DNA of 64,000 bases from Candidatus Tectimicrobiota bacterium (GTDB lineage: Bacteria > JACPUC01), in NCBI GenBank assembly GCA_016192455.1, contig JACPUC010000012.1, forward strand, positions 62,001-126,000, given 5' to 3'. Below the pieces are notes generated by a model. It saw nothing but the letters and a program-made list of their open reading frames with translations. It ran no database searches and was not told the origin of the DNA. Shown piece by piece: positions 8,998 to 22,271 of this stretch (the first letter of the stretch is position 1; the number at the start of each line of letters is the position of its first letter). The position numbers were made by a program, and so were the translations under genes.

Positions 8998-10023
8998 TTC
9001 GTCCCCGCCGTGCTCTTCCTCGAGCAGGAAGGGGTTGCCCTCGAGCATGTGGGGGTTGCGGGGTGGCTCCTCCTCCACGAGGACGCGCTGGCGCTTTGGG
9101 TTCAGGTGCAGGGAGAGGACCTCGGGACGGGCGTAGTCGCCCACCGCGTTGCGAATCTGCCGGGCGGAGATGGCATCCTCGAGATCGAGATCGGCGAAGA
9201 TGACCCCTTCCTTATCTTCGATCGGGCCGGCCAGCACCTCGCCGCTCGGGCCGAAGATCGCCGAGCGCCCGCCGCCGACTCGCATCATCTCCGGTCGATC
9301 GGCATAGCCCAGCTTCGCCACCGTGGCCTCGTCCGCCACGCCGTAAGCGCTGACCGTGAAGACACCGCCGGCGATGGCGTGGTGGCGCGACGAGACCTCG
9401 GTGAAATCGTTGAAGTAGCGCTCGTAGCGGGGGAAGTGGGTGATGGCGCTGACCCCCGGCCAGAGGGCGGCGTGCACCTGCTCGCCCATGGCGTAGAGCG
9501 AGTAGCGGCAGAGGTCCATGAAGTGCTCGCCGCACATCATGCCGCCGAAGATGCCGAAATCCCCCTCGACCGTGAACAGGTCCGAACCGTCGCCGTCGCC
9601 CCAGACCAGCTTCTCGGCGTGGGTCGGGCGCAGCTTGCGGCGCCGCGCCGCCAGTTCCCCCTCGCGGTTGAAGAAGAAGATGCTGTTGAAGAGGGCCGTC
9701 CCCTGGCGCTCCGTGCAGCCCATGACGACATAGGCGCGCGCCGCCCGCGCCGCCTCGCCGAGCCGCTGCGTCGCCTCGCTGCCGGCGACCAGGGCGTTTT
9801 TGTACAGCTCCTTGGCGAAGTCCATGCCCTCGAAGGAGGGGAGGAGCCAGACCCAAAAGGGGTAGCCGGGGATGTAGGACTCGGGGAAGACGATGAAATC
9901 GGCGCCTTTGGCACCGCACTCGCGGATGAGGTGGCACGCCTTCTCGACCGTCGCCTCGCGGTCAAGATAGACCGATGCCGCCTGCACCGCCGCCGCCCGC
10001 AGCTTGCCGAGTGAGTCGCCCAT
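8995..10023 (-). CDS. Nitrilase (carbon-nitrogen hydrolase, branch 1-like)
   Basis: AAVQAA, FPESYIPGYP, RRKLRPTHAE, MCGEH: E-K-C triad present. Confidence 0.9.
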   Translation of the reverse strand: MGDSLGKLRAAAVQAASVYLDREATVEKACHLIRECGAKGADFIVFPESYIPGYPFWVWLLPSFEGMDFAKELYKNALVAGSEATQRLGEAARAARAYVVMGCTERQGTALFNSIFFFNREGELAARRRKLRPTHAEKLVWGDGDGSDLFTVEGDFGIFGGMMCGEHFMDLCRYSLYAMGEQVHAALWPGVSAITHFPRYERYFNDFTEVSSRHHAIAGGVFTVSAYGVADEATVAKLGYADRPEMMRVGGGRSAIFGPSGEVLAGPIEDKEGVIFADLDLEDAISARQIRNAVGDYARPEVLSLHLNPKRQRVLVEEEPPRNPHMLEGNPFLLEEEHGGDE

Positions 10024-10078
10024 CGCCGCCGCTCCTCCAGCCTGGGGTTGTTTTTGAGAGAAAGACTGGGCTGGGGGG

Positions 10079-10108
10079 AGTATAGGGTGCGGCCCGAGGC
10101 TGGGTCAA
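10079..10108 (-). promoter_or_regulatory. Sigma70-type promoter for the nitrilase
   Basis: Minus strand reads TTGACC-N18-TATACT. Confidence 0.5.
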
Positions 10109-10257
10109 GAAGCGGCGCAGCGCCACGGGTTCGGTTGCTTGGCATGCCCTCCCTTAGGTAAGATTGCGGATAGAGTCTTGACGGTGAGAAGGGCGTGTGG
10201 CCTGTCCCCATGGTTTTGGGCGCGGCAGGGGCGAGGCTGAGCTACAAGGAGGAATTC

Positions 10258-11124
10258 ATGGCGTCAAGAAATCCGGAGTCCGCATCCCCCTTTCCCCCCG
10301 GCTACGACAGACAGGCGCGCCTGGCCCACGCCGACGAGGTGTACCGCGCCATCCGCTCACGCCGCACCTTCAAAGGGGGATTGAGCTCGGAGCCCATCCC
10401 TGATGAGTACGTCGAGCGCATCCTCGAGGCGGCGCGCTGGGCGCCCTCGGGGGCCAACACGCAGCCGTGGGAAGTGATCGTCGTGAAAGAGCGGGAGCTG
10501 ATCCAGCAGATCGGCCTCTTCTTCACCGACGGCTTCACGAAGATGAAGACGGCCCAGCCGGATTTCCCCGTCGATAACAAGAAGTACATGTGCCACGTGC
10601 CGCTCATGCTCGTGGTCATCGGCGACAAGCGCTTCATCAACTGCTATCCCCAAGTCGGCGGCTGGGACGGCTGCGTGGAGATCTTCTACTCCAGCCTCGC
10701 CGCCTTCGTGCAGAACATCCACCTCATGGCCTGCGCGCTGGGGCTGGGCAGCACCTGGGGGACCTGCTTCTCCTTCCACGAGATCAACCTGAAGAAGCTC
10801 CTCGGCATCCCGGATATCTACCGCACCTTTGCCGTCATCCCCATCGGCTGGCCGCGCGCCAAGCGCAAGGATAGCTGGCGCAAGCCGGTGGCGTCGTTCG
10901 TGCACGCCGAGCGTTACGACCCGGCGCGGCTGAAGTCCACCGCCGAGTTCAGGGAGTGGATCGGCCCGGTGCGCTACTCCCGCCTGCGCAGCGACGGCCG
11001 CGTGCATGCCGACCCGGCGCCGGCGATCGAATACGGCTCGCTGGTGGCTTGGGACGTGAACCTCGACTCACGCTACGGCGACAGCTTCCCCGCGCCGAGC
11101 CGCGCCAACGGCGGGGCGGCGTAA
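10258..11124 (+). CDS. Nitroreductase family protein with C-terminal extension
   Basis: IRSRRT, ARWAPSGANTQPW, LGLGSTW; AAGGAGG RBS before ATG 10258. Confidence 0.88.
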   Translation: MASRNPESASPFPPGYDRQARLAHADEVYRAIRSRRTFKGGLSSEPIPDEYVERILEAARWAPSGANTQPWEVIVVKERELIQQIGLFFTDGFTKMKTAQPDFPVDNKKYMCHVPLMLVVIGDKRFINCYPQVGGWDGCVEIFYSSLAAFVQNIHLMACALGLGSTWGTCFSFHEINLKKLLGIPDIYRTFAVIPIGWPRAKRKDSWRKPVASFVHAERYDPARLKSTAEFREWIGPVRYSRLRSDGRVHADPAPAIEYGSLVAWDVNLDSRYGDSFPAPSRANGGAA

Positions 11125-11209
11125 GCGCTGCCTGCCGCGCCGCGGCTCAGGGCCGCGTTCCACGGCACACCCTGATCATGCGCAAGGCGCCAAGCAAAAA
11201 GGAGTGAAC

Positions 11210-12808
11210 ATGCCGGAGACCTTCGATCTTGTGGTGTTGGGGGGAGGGCACAACGGCCTGGTGACGGCGGCGCTCTTTGCCAAGGCGGGCTGGAGCGTGT
11301 GCGTGCTTGAACGGCGGCACAATATCGGCGGCGGCTGCTGCACGGAGGAGGTGACGCTGCCCGGCTTCCGCCACAACCTGCACTCCCAGGGGCACGTCTA
11401 CATCACCGGCGGGCCGGTGTTCAAGTCGCTGGAGCTCGACAAGTTCGGCTGCCAGTACGTCTTCCCCGATCCCACCTGCGCCTGCGTCTTCAAGGACGGC
11501 CGCAGCATCGTCTTCTACCGCGACCTCAAGGCGACCTGCGAGACCATCGCGCAGTTCTCGAAGAAGGACGCGGAGGCCTACCGCCAGATGGTCAACAACT
11601 TCGAGCCGCTCAACCGGCTCTTCGTGGCCTCGTGGTACCAGCCGCCGCTGCCCCCCTCGAAAATCTACGCCGCCTTCGAGAAGAGCCCCGGCGGCCTGGA
11701 GCTGTTGCAGATGTGGAACGCCTCCTGCCAGGACATCGTGAACGAGTACTTCGAGAGCGACCAGCTCAAGATCGCCGTGCTCCTCATGGCCATGCAGGGG
11801 GCGAACCTGGCGGACCTCTACGGCGTCGGCGCCTACGTGCCGATCCTCTGCTCCGGCATGCACTCGAAGCCCTATGGCCTCTGCGTCGGCGGCTCGCGCT
11901 ACCTCGCCGAGGCCATCGCCCGCTGCCTGGAGGCCAACGGCGGCGTCATCCGCAAGAACGCCAGCGTCGATCGCATCCTCATCGAGAAGGGCGAGGCCAA
12001 GGGGGTGCGCCTCGATGACGGCACGGAGATTTTCGCCCGCCGCGCCGTCGCCTCGAACACGAATGTGAAGACGCTGATGCTGCGGCACGTCGGCGAGGAG
12101 CACCTCGAGGCAAACTTCCTGCGCAGGGTGCGCGCTTACAAGCCCGACGAGGTCACCCCCTTCACGCCGCACTACGCCCTGAGCGAGCCGCCCCGCTACC
12201 TCGCCAGCGAGAAGAATCCCGACGTGCAGAAGGCGATGTTCGTCTCCTGGGGCTGCGAGGACATGGGGGCCTTCGCGCGCCACGCCGGCGACGTGCGCTC
12301 CGGTCGCCTGCCACAGGATGTCACCGGCTTCTCCATTGCGCCCTCCGTGCACGATCCCAGCCAGGCGCCGCCGGGGAAGCACACCGCCTTCGTCTGGCAG
12401 TACGCCTGCTACCACCTGGCGGGGGGGGCCGGCAAGTGGGACGCGGTGAAGGAGGAGTACGCGGATTACGTCGAGGGGGTGTGGCGCGGCTACGCGCCGA
12501 ACATGGCGGGGACGAACATCCTGAAGCGCTTCGTCTACACGCCGCTGGAGATCGAGCGCACGAACATGGCGATGTTCGAGGGCTCCTTCCACCACGGCCT
12601 TTGCAGTCCCAACCAGATGGGGAGTTTCCGGCCCTTCGCCGGCTGGTCGCACTACCGCATGCCGATCAAGAAACTTTACCTCTGCGGCTCCTCATCGCAC
12701 CCGGCTGGCGGCGTCACGGGTGCGCCGGGCTTCAACTGCGCCGGGGTGATCGCGGACGACGCGCAGACCAAGAAGTGGTGGTGGCGCGCGTCAAAAAGCC
12801 TTGCCTGA
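11210..12808 (+). CDS. Phytoene desaturase-like FAD-dependent oxidoreductase (PYROXD2-like)
   Basis: GGGHNGL, LERR..IGG, HDPSQAPPGKH, LYLCGSSSHPAGGVTGAPG. Confidence 0.88.
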   Translation: MPETFDLVVLGGGHNGLVTAALFAKAGWSVCVLERRHNIGGGCCTEEVTLPGFRHNLHSQGHVYITGGPVFKSLELDKFGCQYVFPDPTCACVFKDGRSIVFYRDLKATCETIAQFSKKDAEAYRQMVNNFEPLNRLFVASWYQPPLPPSKIYAAFEKSPGGLELLQMWNASCQDIVNEYFESDQLKIAVLLMAMQGANLADLYGVGAYVPILCSGMHSKPYGLCVGGSRYLAEAIARCLEANGGVIRKNASVDRILIEKGEAKGVRLDDGTEIFARRAVASNTNVKTLMLRHVGEEHLEANFLRRVRAYKPDEVTPFTPHYALSEPPRYLASEKNPDVQKAMFVSWGCEDMGAFARHAGDVRSGRLPQDVTGFSIAPSVHDPSQAPPGKHTAFVWQYACYHLAGGAGKWDAVKEEYADYVEGVWRGYAPNMAGTNILKRFVYTPLEIERTNMAMFEGSFHHGLCSPNQMGSFRPFAGWSHYRMPIKKLYLCGSSSHPAGGVTGAPGFNCAGVIADDAQTKKWWWRASKSLA

Positions 12809-13094
12809 TACGACGGTGTCGTGCATAAGCTGAGCTGAGGGTACGGGCGCGACGCCAATCGCTGCGCCGCTCGTCGCCAACGCCGCCGGGGACGACGCGG
12901 CGCTGCCGTCAGTGGTGCGGTGTGCTTGGCACGCAGGAGAACCGCCAGGCCGCCCTCACGGTGACGCCGGCGCACGAAGCCGTCCGCATCCCTGCCGCCG
13001 CGAGTGCGAAGCACCGGCAGAAGCGGAGTGCGCGAGGGAACCATGCTCCCTCGCGCCTCTCCTCCTACGTGAACTCCCGCCCCACGCTCCTCGT

Positions 13095-14135
13095 TCAATC
13101 CCGCGCCGGTCGCGTGTAGACGCCTTTTTGGTAGCGCTCCTCGACGATCTGGCCGAAGAGCTTGCGGGTCTCGTCGGTCCCTTCGATCGGCTTGTGCAGC
13201 CAGGTATTGAGGGGCCAGCCGGGGGCCTCGGCGTACTCCCTGGCGAACATCTGGGAGCGCAGGGTGGTGGGCCAGAAGGGCACGGCGCGCGCCTCGCGCA
13301 CGGAGTTCACGTCGACGACGGCCTTGATGACCGCCTCGCCGGCGCCGGGCACCTGAACGAGCTCGCGTCCCTCGAAGTCAATAACCGAGGACCCACCCTG
13401 GCTCTGCTGGGCCGCCATGCCGCAGCCGAGGTAGGCGCCGACGTTGGTCCCCAGCACGTAGCACTTGTTCTCGATAGCGCGGGCGACGCGCAGGTAGTGC
13501 CACTTCCACAGCTCCATCAGCTCGGCGGTCATGTGCACCAGCACCTCGGCGCCGTTCAGGCAGGTGCAGCGGGCGTTCTCGGGGTAGGCGATCTCGCCGC
13601 AGGTGATGATGCCGATCTTGCCCAGCGGCGTGTCGGCCACCGGAAAGAGCGCCTGGCGGCCGTAGCGCTCCACGAACTCATCGTAGATGTCGCTCGGCGT
13701 CGTGTACGGCAGAATCCAGGAGTTGTTGTTGTTCTTCCAGTGCTTCAGGGCGAAGTCGCCTTGCGGGCTGATGAGCAGGGCGGTGTTGAAGAAGCGCCCC
13801 GGCCAGTCCTCGTGCAGCTCGAGGAAATGGGCGGCGATGTAGACGTTCAGCTCCTTGGCGCGCTGGGAGAGGAGCTCGGTGCACTTGTTGGGGAGAGTGA
13901 CGGCGACCTGCAGCCACTCTTTCATCGGAATCTCCTGCCAGACACCGTTCAGGCTATACTCCGGCAGGGTGATGAGCCGCACCCCTTCGCGGGCGAAGGC
14001 CATGTGGAAATCAATGAGCTCGAGGATGCGGTTGAGGTTGTCCATCATATCGGTGTCGCGCCGCCGCGGCGTCGTGCTGACCTGCTTCGGGCAGGACTGG
14101 ATACACATGACGCGATATGGTTTGAGTGAGCTCAT
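13095..14135 (-). CDS. Nitrilase-related carbon-nitrogen hydrolase
   Basis: TLPEY, KHWK, ITCGEIAYPE triad. Confidence 0.85.
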   Translation of the reverse strand: MSSLKPYRVMCIQSCPKQVSTTPRRRDTDMMDNLNRILELIDFHMAFAREGVRLITLPEYSLNGVWQEIPMKEWLQVAVTLPNKCTELLSQRAKELNVYIAAHFLELHEDWPGRFFNTALLISPQGDFALKHWKNNNNSWILPYTTPSDIYDEFVERYGRQALFPVADTPLGKIGIITCGEIAYPENARCTCLNGAEVLVHMTAELMELWKWHYLRVARAIENKCYVLGTNVGAYLGCGMAAQQSQGGSSVIDFEGRELVQVPGAGEAVIKAVVDVNSVREARAVPFWPTTLRSQMFAREYAEAPGWPLNTWLHKPIEGTDETRKLFGQIVEERYQKGVYTRPARD

Positions 14136-14266
14136 CTCGTCACCTCCCGAGGCGCGGAGTGGCGGCGGGGATTGGCCCCCCCGTGACCCTGCGCCGCAAC
14201 CCAGGTTGAGCGCCGGCGGCGGCCGAATGCCGGGGAGATCAGCCGCCCCGGCTGCCCTCGCTTCCC

Positions 14267-14990
<724 letters not shown>

Positions 14991-15004
<14 letters not shown>

Positions 15005-15749
15005 CGAGGTACGCCTCCATCACCTTCGGGTCGTTGCGGACCTCCGCGGGCGCCCCTTCGGCGATCTTCTGCCCGAAGTCGAGCACGGTGACGCGGTCGC
15101 AGATGCCCATGATGACCCGCATGTTATGTTCAACGACAATGAGCGTGATGCCTTGCTCGTTGAGCTTCTTGATCAAGCGGTTCAGATCCCCCACCTCGTG
15201 CAGGCTCATGCCGGCGGCCGGTTCGTCCAGGAGCAGCACCGCCGGCTGCGACATGAGCGCCCGGGCCATCTCCATCAAGCGCGTGTGCCCGTAAGAGAGG
15301 CTGTCGGCCCGCAGTGCCGCCTCCGGCTCGAGGCCCACGAACGCAAGCTGCGCCTCGGCGCGGCGGCGAATCTCCCGCATCTCCCGCCGCACCGACCGCA
15401 GACCCAGGAGCACGGCGCCCAGCCCGGAGCTCACGTGGGCCTGACAGCCCATCATGACGTTCTCCAGGACCGTCATCTCGGGAAAGATCTGCGGCGTCTG
15501 GAAGGTGCGCGTGATCCCGGCCTTGACGCGCAGGGGCGGGCTGAGGTGGGTGATCTCCCGGCTCTGGAAGAGGACTCGCCCATGGCTGGCGGGCAAAAAG
15601 CCGCTCAAGAGATGGAAAAGGGTCGTCTTCCCCGCGCCGTTGGGCCCCACGAGGCCGCGAATCTCACCGGTCTCGATGGTCACCGAGACGTGGTCGATGG
15701 CGCAGAGCTTGCCGAAGTAGCGCGTCAGGTTCTCGGTCACGAGCAGCAT
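14991..15749 (-). CDS. livG: Branched-chain amino acid-type ABC ATPase (LivG-like)
   Basis: GPNGAGKTT, LSYG, LLDEPAAG, VEHNM. Confidence 0.9.
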
Positions 15750-15860
15750 GCCGCAGCCTTTCGGTCAGGAGAAAGGGCGGCAGCTCTCTCCCCCACACCG
15801 CCTGGACCTCGTGCGCCGCTGCGCGGCGCAATTCCCTGCAGGAACAAATGAGGCGCTTCG

Positions 15861-16895
15861 CTAGCCATCCGCCGGGGTCTCGGGCCGCATCTGCAGCAGC
15901 GCGGACGGCGGCGCCGCCTTCACCATGCCGAAGCGTCGTCGCGCCGCCTCGCCCACCTGCCTCGAGAAGCCCACAATCCCCTTCGGCATAAAGATCATGA
16001 ACACCGCCAGGATCACGCCGTAGCTCAACATGGAGTACTCGGCGAGGATGCGCAGGTAATCGGTGAGGAAGAGGAGAACGCTGACGCCGACGATGGCTCC
16101 GCCGAAGCTCTGCAGCCCGCCGACGACGATCATGGCGAGGATCGCCACCGACTGCACCCAGGAGAAGGAGAGCGGGCTGACCGAGCCGTTGAAGTGGGCG
16201 AAGAGGCTCCCCGCCGCCCCGGCGGACACGCTGCCGATCAGGATGACCTTCACCTTCAGGACGGCCAGGTTCACCCCGCAGGCCTGCGCCGCCGTCTCAT
16301 TCTGGCGAATGGCATTGAGCGCCAGGCCGAGGTGTGACACCAGCAGCCGGCGGAAGAGGAGGTACTGCCCCAGCAGGAGCAGGAGCGCGAAGTAGTAGAA
16401 GCGGCCTGACGTATCAAAAGCGAACGGCCCGAGGCCGGCGGCCGGCAGCATGGGAATGCCGTCGTGCCCCCCGGTGAGGGACGACCAATGCAGGAACACC
16501 TGCGTGGCGATGATGCCGAAAGCGAACGTCGCCATGGCGAAGTTGATGTCGCGCAGCCGCACGGTGGGGGTCATGATGAGCCCGAAGAGGAAGGCGGTGG
16601 CGAGGGCGGCGAGGAAGCCGACGCTGAACGGCAGGCCGAGCTTCTTCGTGAGAATGGCAGAGGCGTAAGCGCCGACGCCGAAAAAGGCCGCGTGGCCGAG
16701 GGAGATGATGCCGGCATACCCCAGGATGAGCTGCAGCCCCATGGCGAAGATCGAGTAGATGAGCACGCTGACCAGGAACGACACGAAGTAGCTGTCGATG
16801 CCGATGACGAGGGGGACCAGGGCCGCCAGGGCGGTGTAGAGCAGGGCCCGTCCCATGGAAGGGTCCCATCGCCAGGCCGGGATCGTCTTTGGCAT
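15861..16895 (-). CDS. livM: Branched-chain amino acid-type ABC permease (LivM-like)
   Basis: GYAGIISLGHAAFFGVGAY, TGGHDGI, MIVVGG. Confidence 0.9.
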   Translation of the reverse strand: MPKTIPAWRWDPSMGRALLYTALAALVPLVIGIDSYFVSFLVSVLIYSIFAMGLQLILGYAGIISLGHAAFFGVGAYASAILTKKLGLPFSVGFLAALATAFLFGLIMTPTVRLRDINFAMATFAFGIIATQVFLHWSSLTGGHDGIPMLPAAGLGPFAFDTSGRFYYFALLLLLGQYLLFRRLLVSHLGLALNAIRQNETAAQACGVNLAVLKVKVILIGSVSAGAAGSLFAHFNGSVSPLSFSWVQSVAILAMIVVGGLQSFGGAIVGVSVLLFLTDYLRILAEYSMLSYGVILAVFMIFMPKGIVGFSRQVGEAARRRFGMVKAAPPSALLQMRPETPADG

Positions 16896-16920
16896 GGAGG
16901 AGCGCTCCGCTCGCCGTCGC

Positions 16921-17799
16921 TCAGGCGACGCTGCCGCCGCTGCTGCCGAGCAGCCCTGCGGGCCGGATGAGCAGCACCAGGATGAGGATGAGGTAGGCGA
17001 TGATGTCGCTGTAGGTCGAAGAGATGTAGGTCGAACCGAGGTTCTCGATCACGCCGAGCGCGATCCCCCCGAGCATGGCGCCGGGGATGCTGCCGAACCC
17101 CCCAAGGACCGCCGCCGCCAGGCTCTTCAGCCCCAGGATGCCCATGTCGAAGGAGGCGTAGTAGAGGGAGGCGATGAGCATCCCCGCCAGCCCGGCCATG
17201 GCCCCGCTGATGGCGAAGGTGACGGAGATGACGTAGTTCGTCGGCACGCCCATGAGCTGCGCGGTGCTCGGCTTTTCGGCCGAGGCGCGTATGGCGAGGC
17301 CGAGCATGGTCTTCTTCAGGAGGAGCTGCAGCAGCACCATGACCAGGGCCCCCACCCCGAAGATGAAGAGGTACTGCGGCGCCAGGGCGATGCTGCCGAG
17401 ATGCAGCGGCTTGAGCTGCGAGAAGGTGGGATAGGAGAGCGAGTACGGCCCCCAGATGAACATGGAACCGTTGCTCATGATGATCCCCCAGCCGATGGTA
17501 GCCACGATGGCATTGATGAGCGGGCCGCGCCGCGCCCGAATCGGCCACAGGCCGACCTTATCCAGGACGATCGCCCCTGCGCCGCACGCCGCGGTGATCA
17601 GCAGGAGGGTGACCGGCAGCGGAAGCCCCAGACGTGTTAGCACGGAGTAGCCGAGCAGCCCCCCGATCATCATGAACTCCTGGTGGGCGAAGTTCAGCAG
17701 GCCGACGGCGCGGAAGACCATGCTGAAGCCGAGGGCGATCAGGGCGTAGACCGCGCCGATGGTGCAGCCGTAAATGATCTGGGTGATGAGCTGGCTCAT
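16921..17799 (-). CDS. livH: Branched-chain amino acid-type ABC permease (LivH-like)
   Basis: YALIALGFSMVF...NFAH, AVLGGFGSIPGA; start taken at MSQLITQ. Confidence 0.9.
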   Translation of the reverse strand: MSQLITQIIYGCTIGAVYALIALGFSMVFRAVGLLNFAHQEFMMIGGLLGYSVLTRLGLPLPVTLLLITAACGAGAIVLDKVGLWPIRARRGPLINAIVATIGWGIIMSNGSMFIWGPYSLSYPTFSQLKPLHLGSIALAPQYLFIFGVGALVMVLLQLLLKKTMLGLAIRASAEKPSTAQLMGVPTNYVISVTFAISGAMAGLAGMLIASLYYASFDMGILGLKSLAAAVLGGFGSIPGAMLGGIALGVIENLGSTYISSTYSDIIAYLILILVLLIRPAGLLGSSGGSVA

Positions 17800-17905
17800 C
17801 CGGGTACGCTCTCGTCCTCGCTGCCACGCACAACGCCTGGGGAGGTGGACAACGCACCGTACGGCCGCGCCACCTCCCCAATACCGCCTCATGCCCGCAA
17901 TCGCT

Positions 17906-19078
17906 TTAGTCAGTCTTCTCAATCGCCACGACCGGCGTGAGGTTCCCCGCCTTCCACTCGGAGACCACGAGCGACTTGCGGATGTCGCCAGTGGGCAGGA
18001 AACTGTAGATGCCCGCGGCGCCCGGCCAGTTCTTCAATCCGGCAAGGTAGTCGCGGATTTTCTGCCGGTCCGGCCCCACCTTGCCGATCGCCTCGGCAAG
18101 CATGTTCATGGCATCGTAGCCGTGCGCCTCGAGGTCCTTCGGCATGCGCTTGAACTTCGCCTGCCACTCCTTCACGAACTCCTGCGCTTCCTTGTGCTTA
18201 AAAAGGCCGGGGGCGTAAGTGGTGACGATGAGGGTGCCGTCGCCCGCCGGGCCGGCGACGTCGCGGTACTGCTGGATACCCTGGTAGCCGCCATGACCAA
18301 GCAGGGCAACATTCCACCCCATCTCCCTGGCTTGTCGGGCCACCAGCCCGGAGACGGGCGCCGCCGCCGCCATCACCAGAGCGTCGGGGTTCTGCTGGCG
18401 CATCTTCGCCAGCACGCCTTTGAACTCCTTCGCGTCAAGGGGCACAACTTCGCGGGCGACGATCTCTCCCTTGCCTTTCTCCTTGACGGTCTTCACGAAG
18501 ACCTCGATAGAGGAGAGACCACCTTCGTCATTGTACGCCAGCGTGGCAAATTTCTTGTGTCCTAGCTTGTCAATGGCGTAGTGCGCTAATGAGCTGTACG
18601 TGAGGATCACTGAGGGATAGGTGCGGAAGATCCACTGGCTGCCCATCTCGGTGATCTTCGGCGTGCCGGCGAGGCCGGCGATCTGCGGCACCTTCAAGCG
18701 GGCCGTCTCTCCCACGGTGGCGATGGTCACCGCGCTCGAGATGCCGCCGATGATCGCCGCCACCTTGTCCTGCTGGGCAAAGCGTCGCACCGCCTGCACC
18801 GAGGTGTTGATGTCGAACTTGCTGTCGGTGTAGATCATCTCAACCTTGGCGCCCTTGATGCCGCCGCCGGCGTTGATCTTCTCGACGGCGTACTCCACCC
18901 CGGTCTTATGCTCGATGCCGTACGGAGCGAGGGTGCCTGAAAGAATGCCTAACCAGCCAACCTTGATCGGCCCCGCCTCGGCCGCCATGGCCCCCCCTGG
19001 CGGCAGCAGCAGAACCAGCGCCAAAACCGCCGCCAGCAAAACGATGCCGAGTTTCCCGACCATCCCACGCCGTTGCAT
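17906..19078 (-). CDS. ABC substrate-binding protein (LivJ/K-like)
   Basis: Signal peptide, INAGGGIKG, WIFRT, GYDA; GGAGG upstream of MQRRG. Confidence 0.9.
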   Translation of the reverse strand: MQRRGMVGKLGIVLLAAVLALVLLLPPGGAMAAEAGPIKVGWLGILSGTLAPYGIEHKTGVEYAVEKINAGGGIKGAKVEMIYTDSKFDINTSVQAVRRFAQQDKVAAIIGGISSAVTIATVGETARLKVPQIAGLAGTPKITEMGSQWIFRTYPSVILTYSSLAHYAIDKLGHKKFATLAYNDEGGLSSIEVFVKTVKEKGKGEIVAREVVPLDAKEFKGVLAKMRQQNPDALVMAAAAPVSGLVARQAREMGWNVALLGHGGYQGIQQYRDVAGPAGDGTLIVTTYAPGLFKHKEAQEFVKEWQAKFKRMPKDLEAHGYDAMNMLAEAIGKVGPDRQKIRDYLAGLKNWPGAAGIYSFLPTGDIRKSLVVSEWKAGNLTPVVAIEKTD

Positions 19079-19149
19079 GATGCCGCCTCCTTCCTGGTGG
19101 TGAAATCCCCTGCAGTCACGTGAAAGCTTGAACCTGGAGTGTGAACGCC

Positions 19150-20214
19150 TCACCTCGCCTCGCCAAGACCCTGGATGAGGTCCCATTTCTCCTGGCGGGT
19201 CTGCGGGCGCTCCTTCCAGAGGTTGGGCGGATAACAGCCCTTCCCCCAGTAGTCGTACACTTCGGGACGGTAGAGTGGCAACCCCCGGACACCCTGCACG
19301 GGGACGGACTTGGCGAGGTAGTTCGAGCCTTTGCCGCGCACCCGGCGCAGGCGCTCCACGTCGATGACCGCTGCGACGAGCGTCTCGCCGGTGGTGTGCG
19401 CCTCCGCCAGCACCGTGCCGTCGTAGCCGATGATGGTCGAGGCGCCCGACCACTCGTGCGAGGCCCAGGCGTACTTGGACGGCCCCAGGTGGGGGACGAC
19501 GTAGTAGGCGACGTTCTCGATGGCGCGGGCCCGGTCGAGCACCTGCGAGACTTTGCGCGGTTCGTGCTGGAAGAGGTCCATCTCGGCGGTGGGGCGGATG
19601 ATGACCTCGGCGCCGTTGGAGACGAGCTGCCGGTGCAGCTCCGGCACGATCATCTCGTAGCACATGCACATGCCGAGGTTGCCGATGGGCGTCTCGACCA
19701 CCGGGAAGATCGTCTCGCCGACGCTGCGGCCTTTGCTGTAGAGCTCCACGTAGCGGTCGAGCACGTCGTGCGGGCTGGCGTACATGAGGAAGCCGGCATG
19801 CTCGGTTTTGTGGCGCTTGTAGATCAGGTCGCCGTTCGGGTCGATAATGAAGCCGCAGTTGAAGAAGTAGCCGGGGAAGTCCTTGGTGACCTCGAGAGCC
19901 TGGGCGACGATGTAGATGCCCTTCTGCCGCGCCTTCTCGGCGATGCGGTCGGTCTCTTCGCCGGGGATGGTGATGCAGACCTCGAGGGGATCGACCGGCG
20001 CGTCCCACCAGGGGGCCGTCACGCCGCGCCAGTCCTGCAGGTGGTACTCCGGGAAAGCCACCAGCCTCACCGGCTCGCCGAGCTGGCGCTCGAAGAACAT
20101 GGCGCAGCGATCAATCAGGGTCAGGCAGCGGTCGAGATTGGTCTTGATCTCGGAGCGCTTCGTGCACGGCGCCACCTCGTTCTGAATGGCCACGGCAACG
20201 TAGGGTTCCATCAT
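19150..20214 (-). CDS. Nitrilase-related carbon-nitrogen hydrolase
   Basis: AFPEY, RHK, CMCYE triad; heads the liv-like operon. Confidence 0.85.
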   Translation of the reverse strand: MMEPYVAVAIQNEVAPCTKRSEIKTNLDRCLTLIDRCAMFFERQLGEPVRLVAFPEYHLQDWRGVTAPWWDAPVDPLEVCITIPGEETDRIAEKARQKGIYIVAQALEVTKDFPGYFFNCGFIIDPNGDLIYKRHKTEHAGFLMYASPHDVLDRYVELYSKGRSVGETIFPVVETPIGNLGMCMCYEMIVPELHRQLVSNGAEVIIRPTAEMDLFQHEPRKVSQVLDRARAIENVAYYVVPHLGPSKYAWASHEWSGASTIIGYDGTVLAEAHTTGETLVAAVIDVERLRRVRGKGSNYLAKSVPVQGVRGLPLYRPEVYDYWGKGCYPPNLWKERPQTRQEKWDLIQGLGEAR

Positions 20215-20334
20215 GGCTCCTTCCCTCCGCGTGCTCTCGGGCTCCCCGGCTTGCCACCTCTCCACACGTCTCCGCGGCGCCTGCGGCCGCGCGCTTGCCC
20301 GCCGGCGCCACACGCCCCACCCGCCGCGCCCGCT

Positions 20335-20370
20335 TTCTGTTGACAGATTATGGCATAGTTATGACAGATC
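20335..20370. promoter_or_regulatory. Putative regulator-binding site upstream of the nitrilase-liv operon
   Basis: Near-palindrome TCTGTTGACAGA and a repeated TGACAGAT in an AT-rich intergenic region. Confidence 0.4.
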
Positions 20371-20504
20371 GACCCCTCTGCCGTCAAGAATCAAACACTA
20401 ATCCGTTAATTCACTCCACTAATTTCAATACTTTCTGCATCAATTGCGGTTTGCCTCCAAACGCCTGAATGTGAGAGTCTTTCGGTGTCCAGGCGGTGCT
20501 GCGC

Positions 20505-22184
<1,680 letters not shown>

Positions 22185-22271
22185 GATTGCTTCCTCTGGC
22201 CGTAGCTTCTCCCGAAGGGTTTGACTGAGGACCGACAACGATCCGCGGGGCCCGTGGGCTTGCGGGAGGCG

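Noticed and set aside
10258-11124. BluB assignment for the nitroreductase, given the B12-type enzymes in the window
   Set aside because: It has APSGANTQPW rather than the BluB-type APSVG..QPW, and no cob genes are adjacent.
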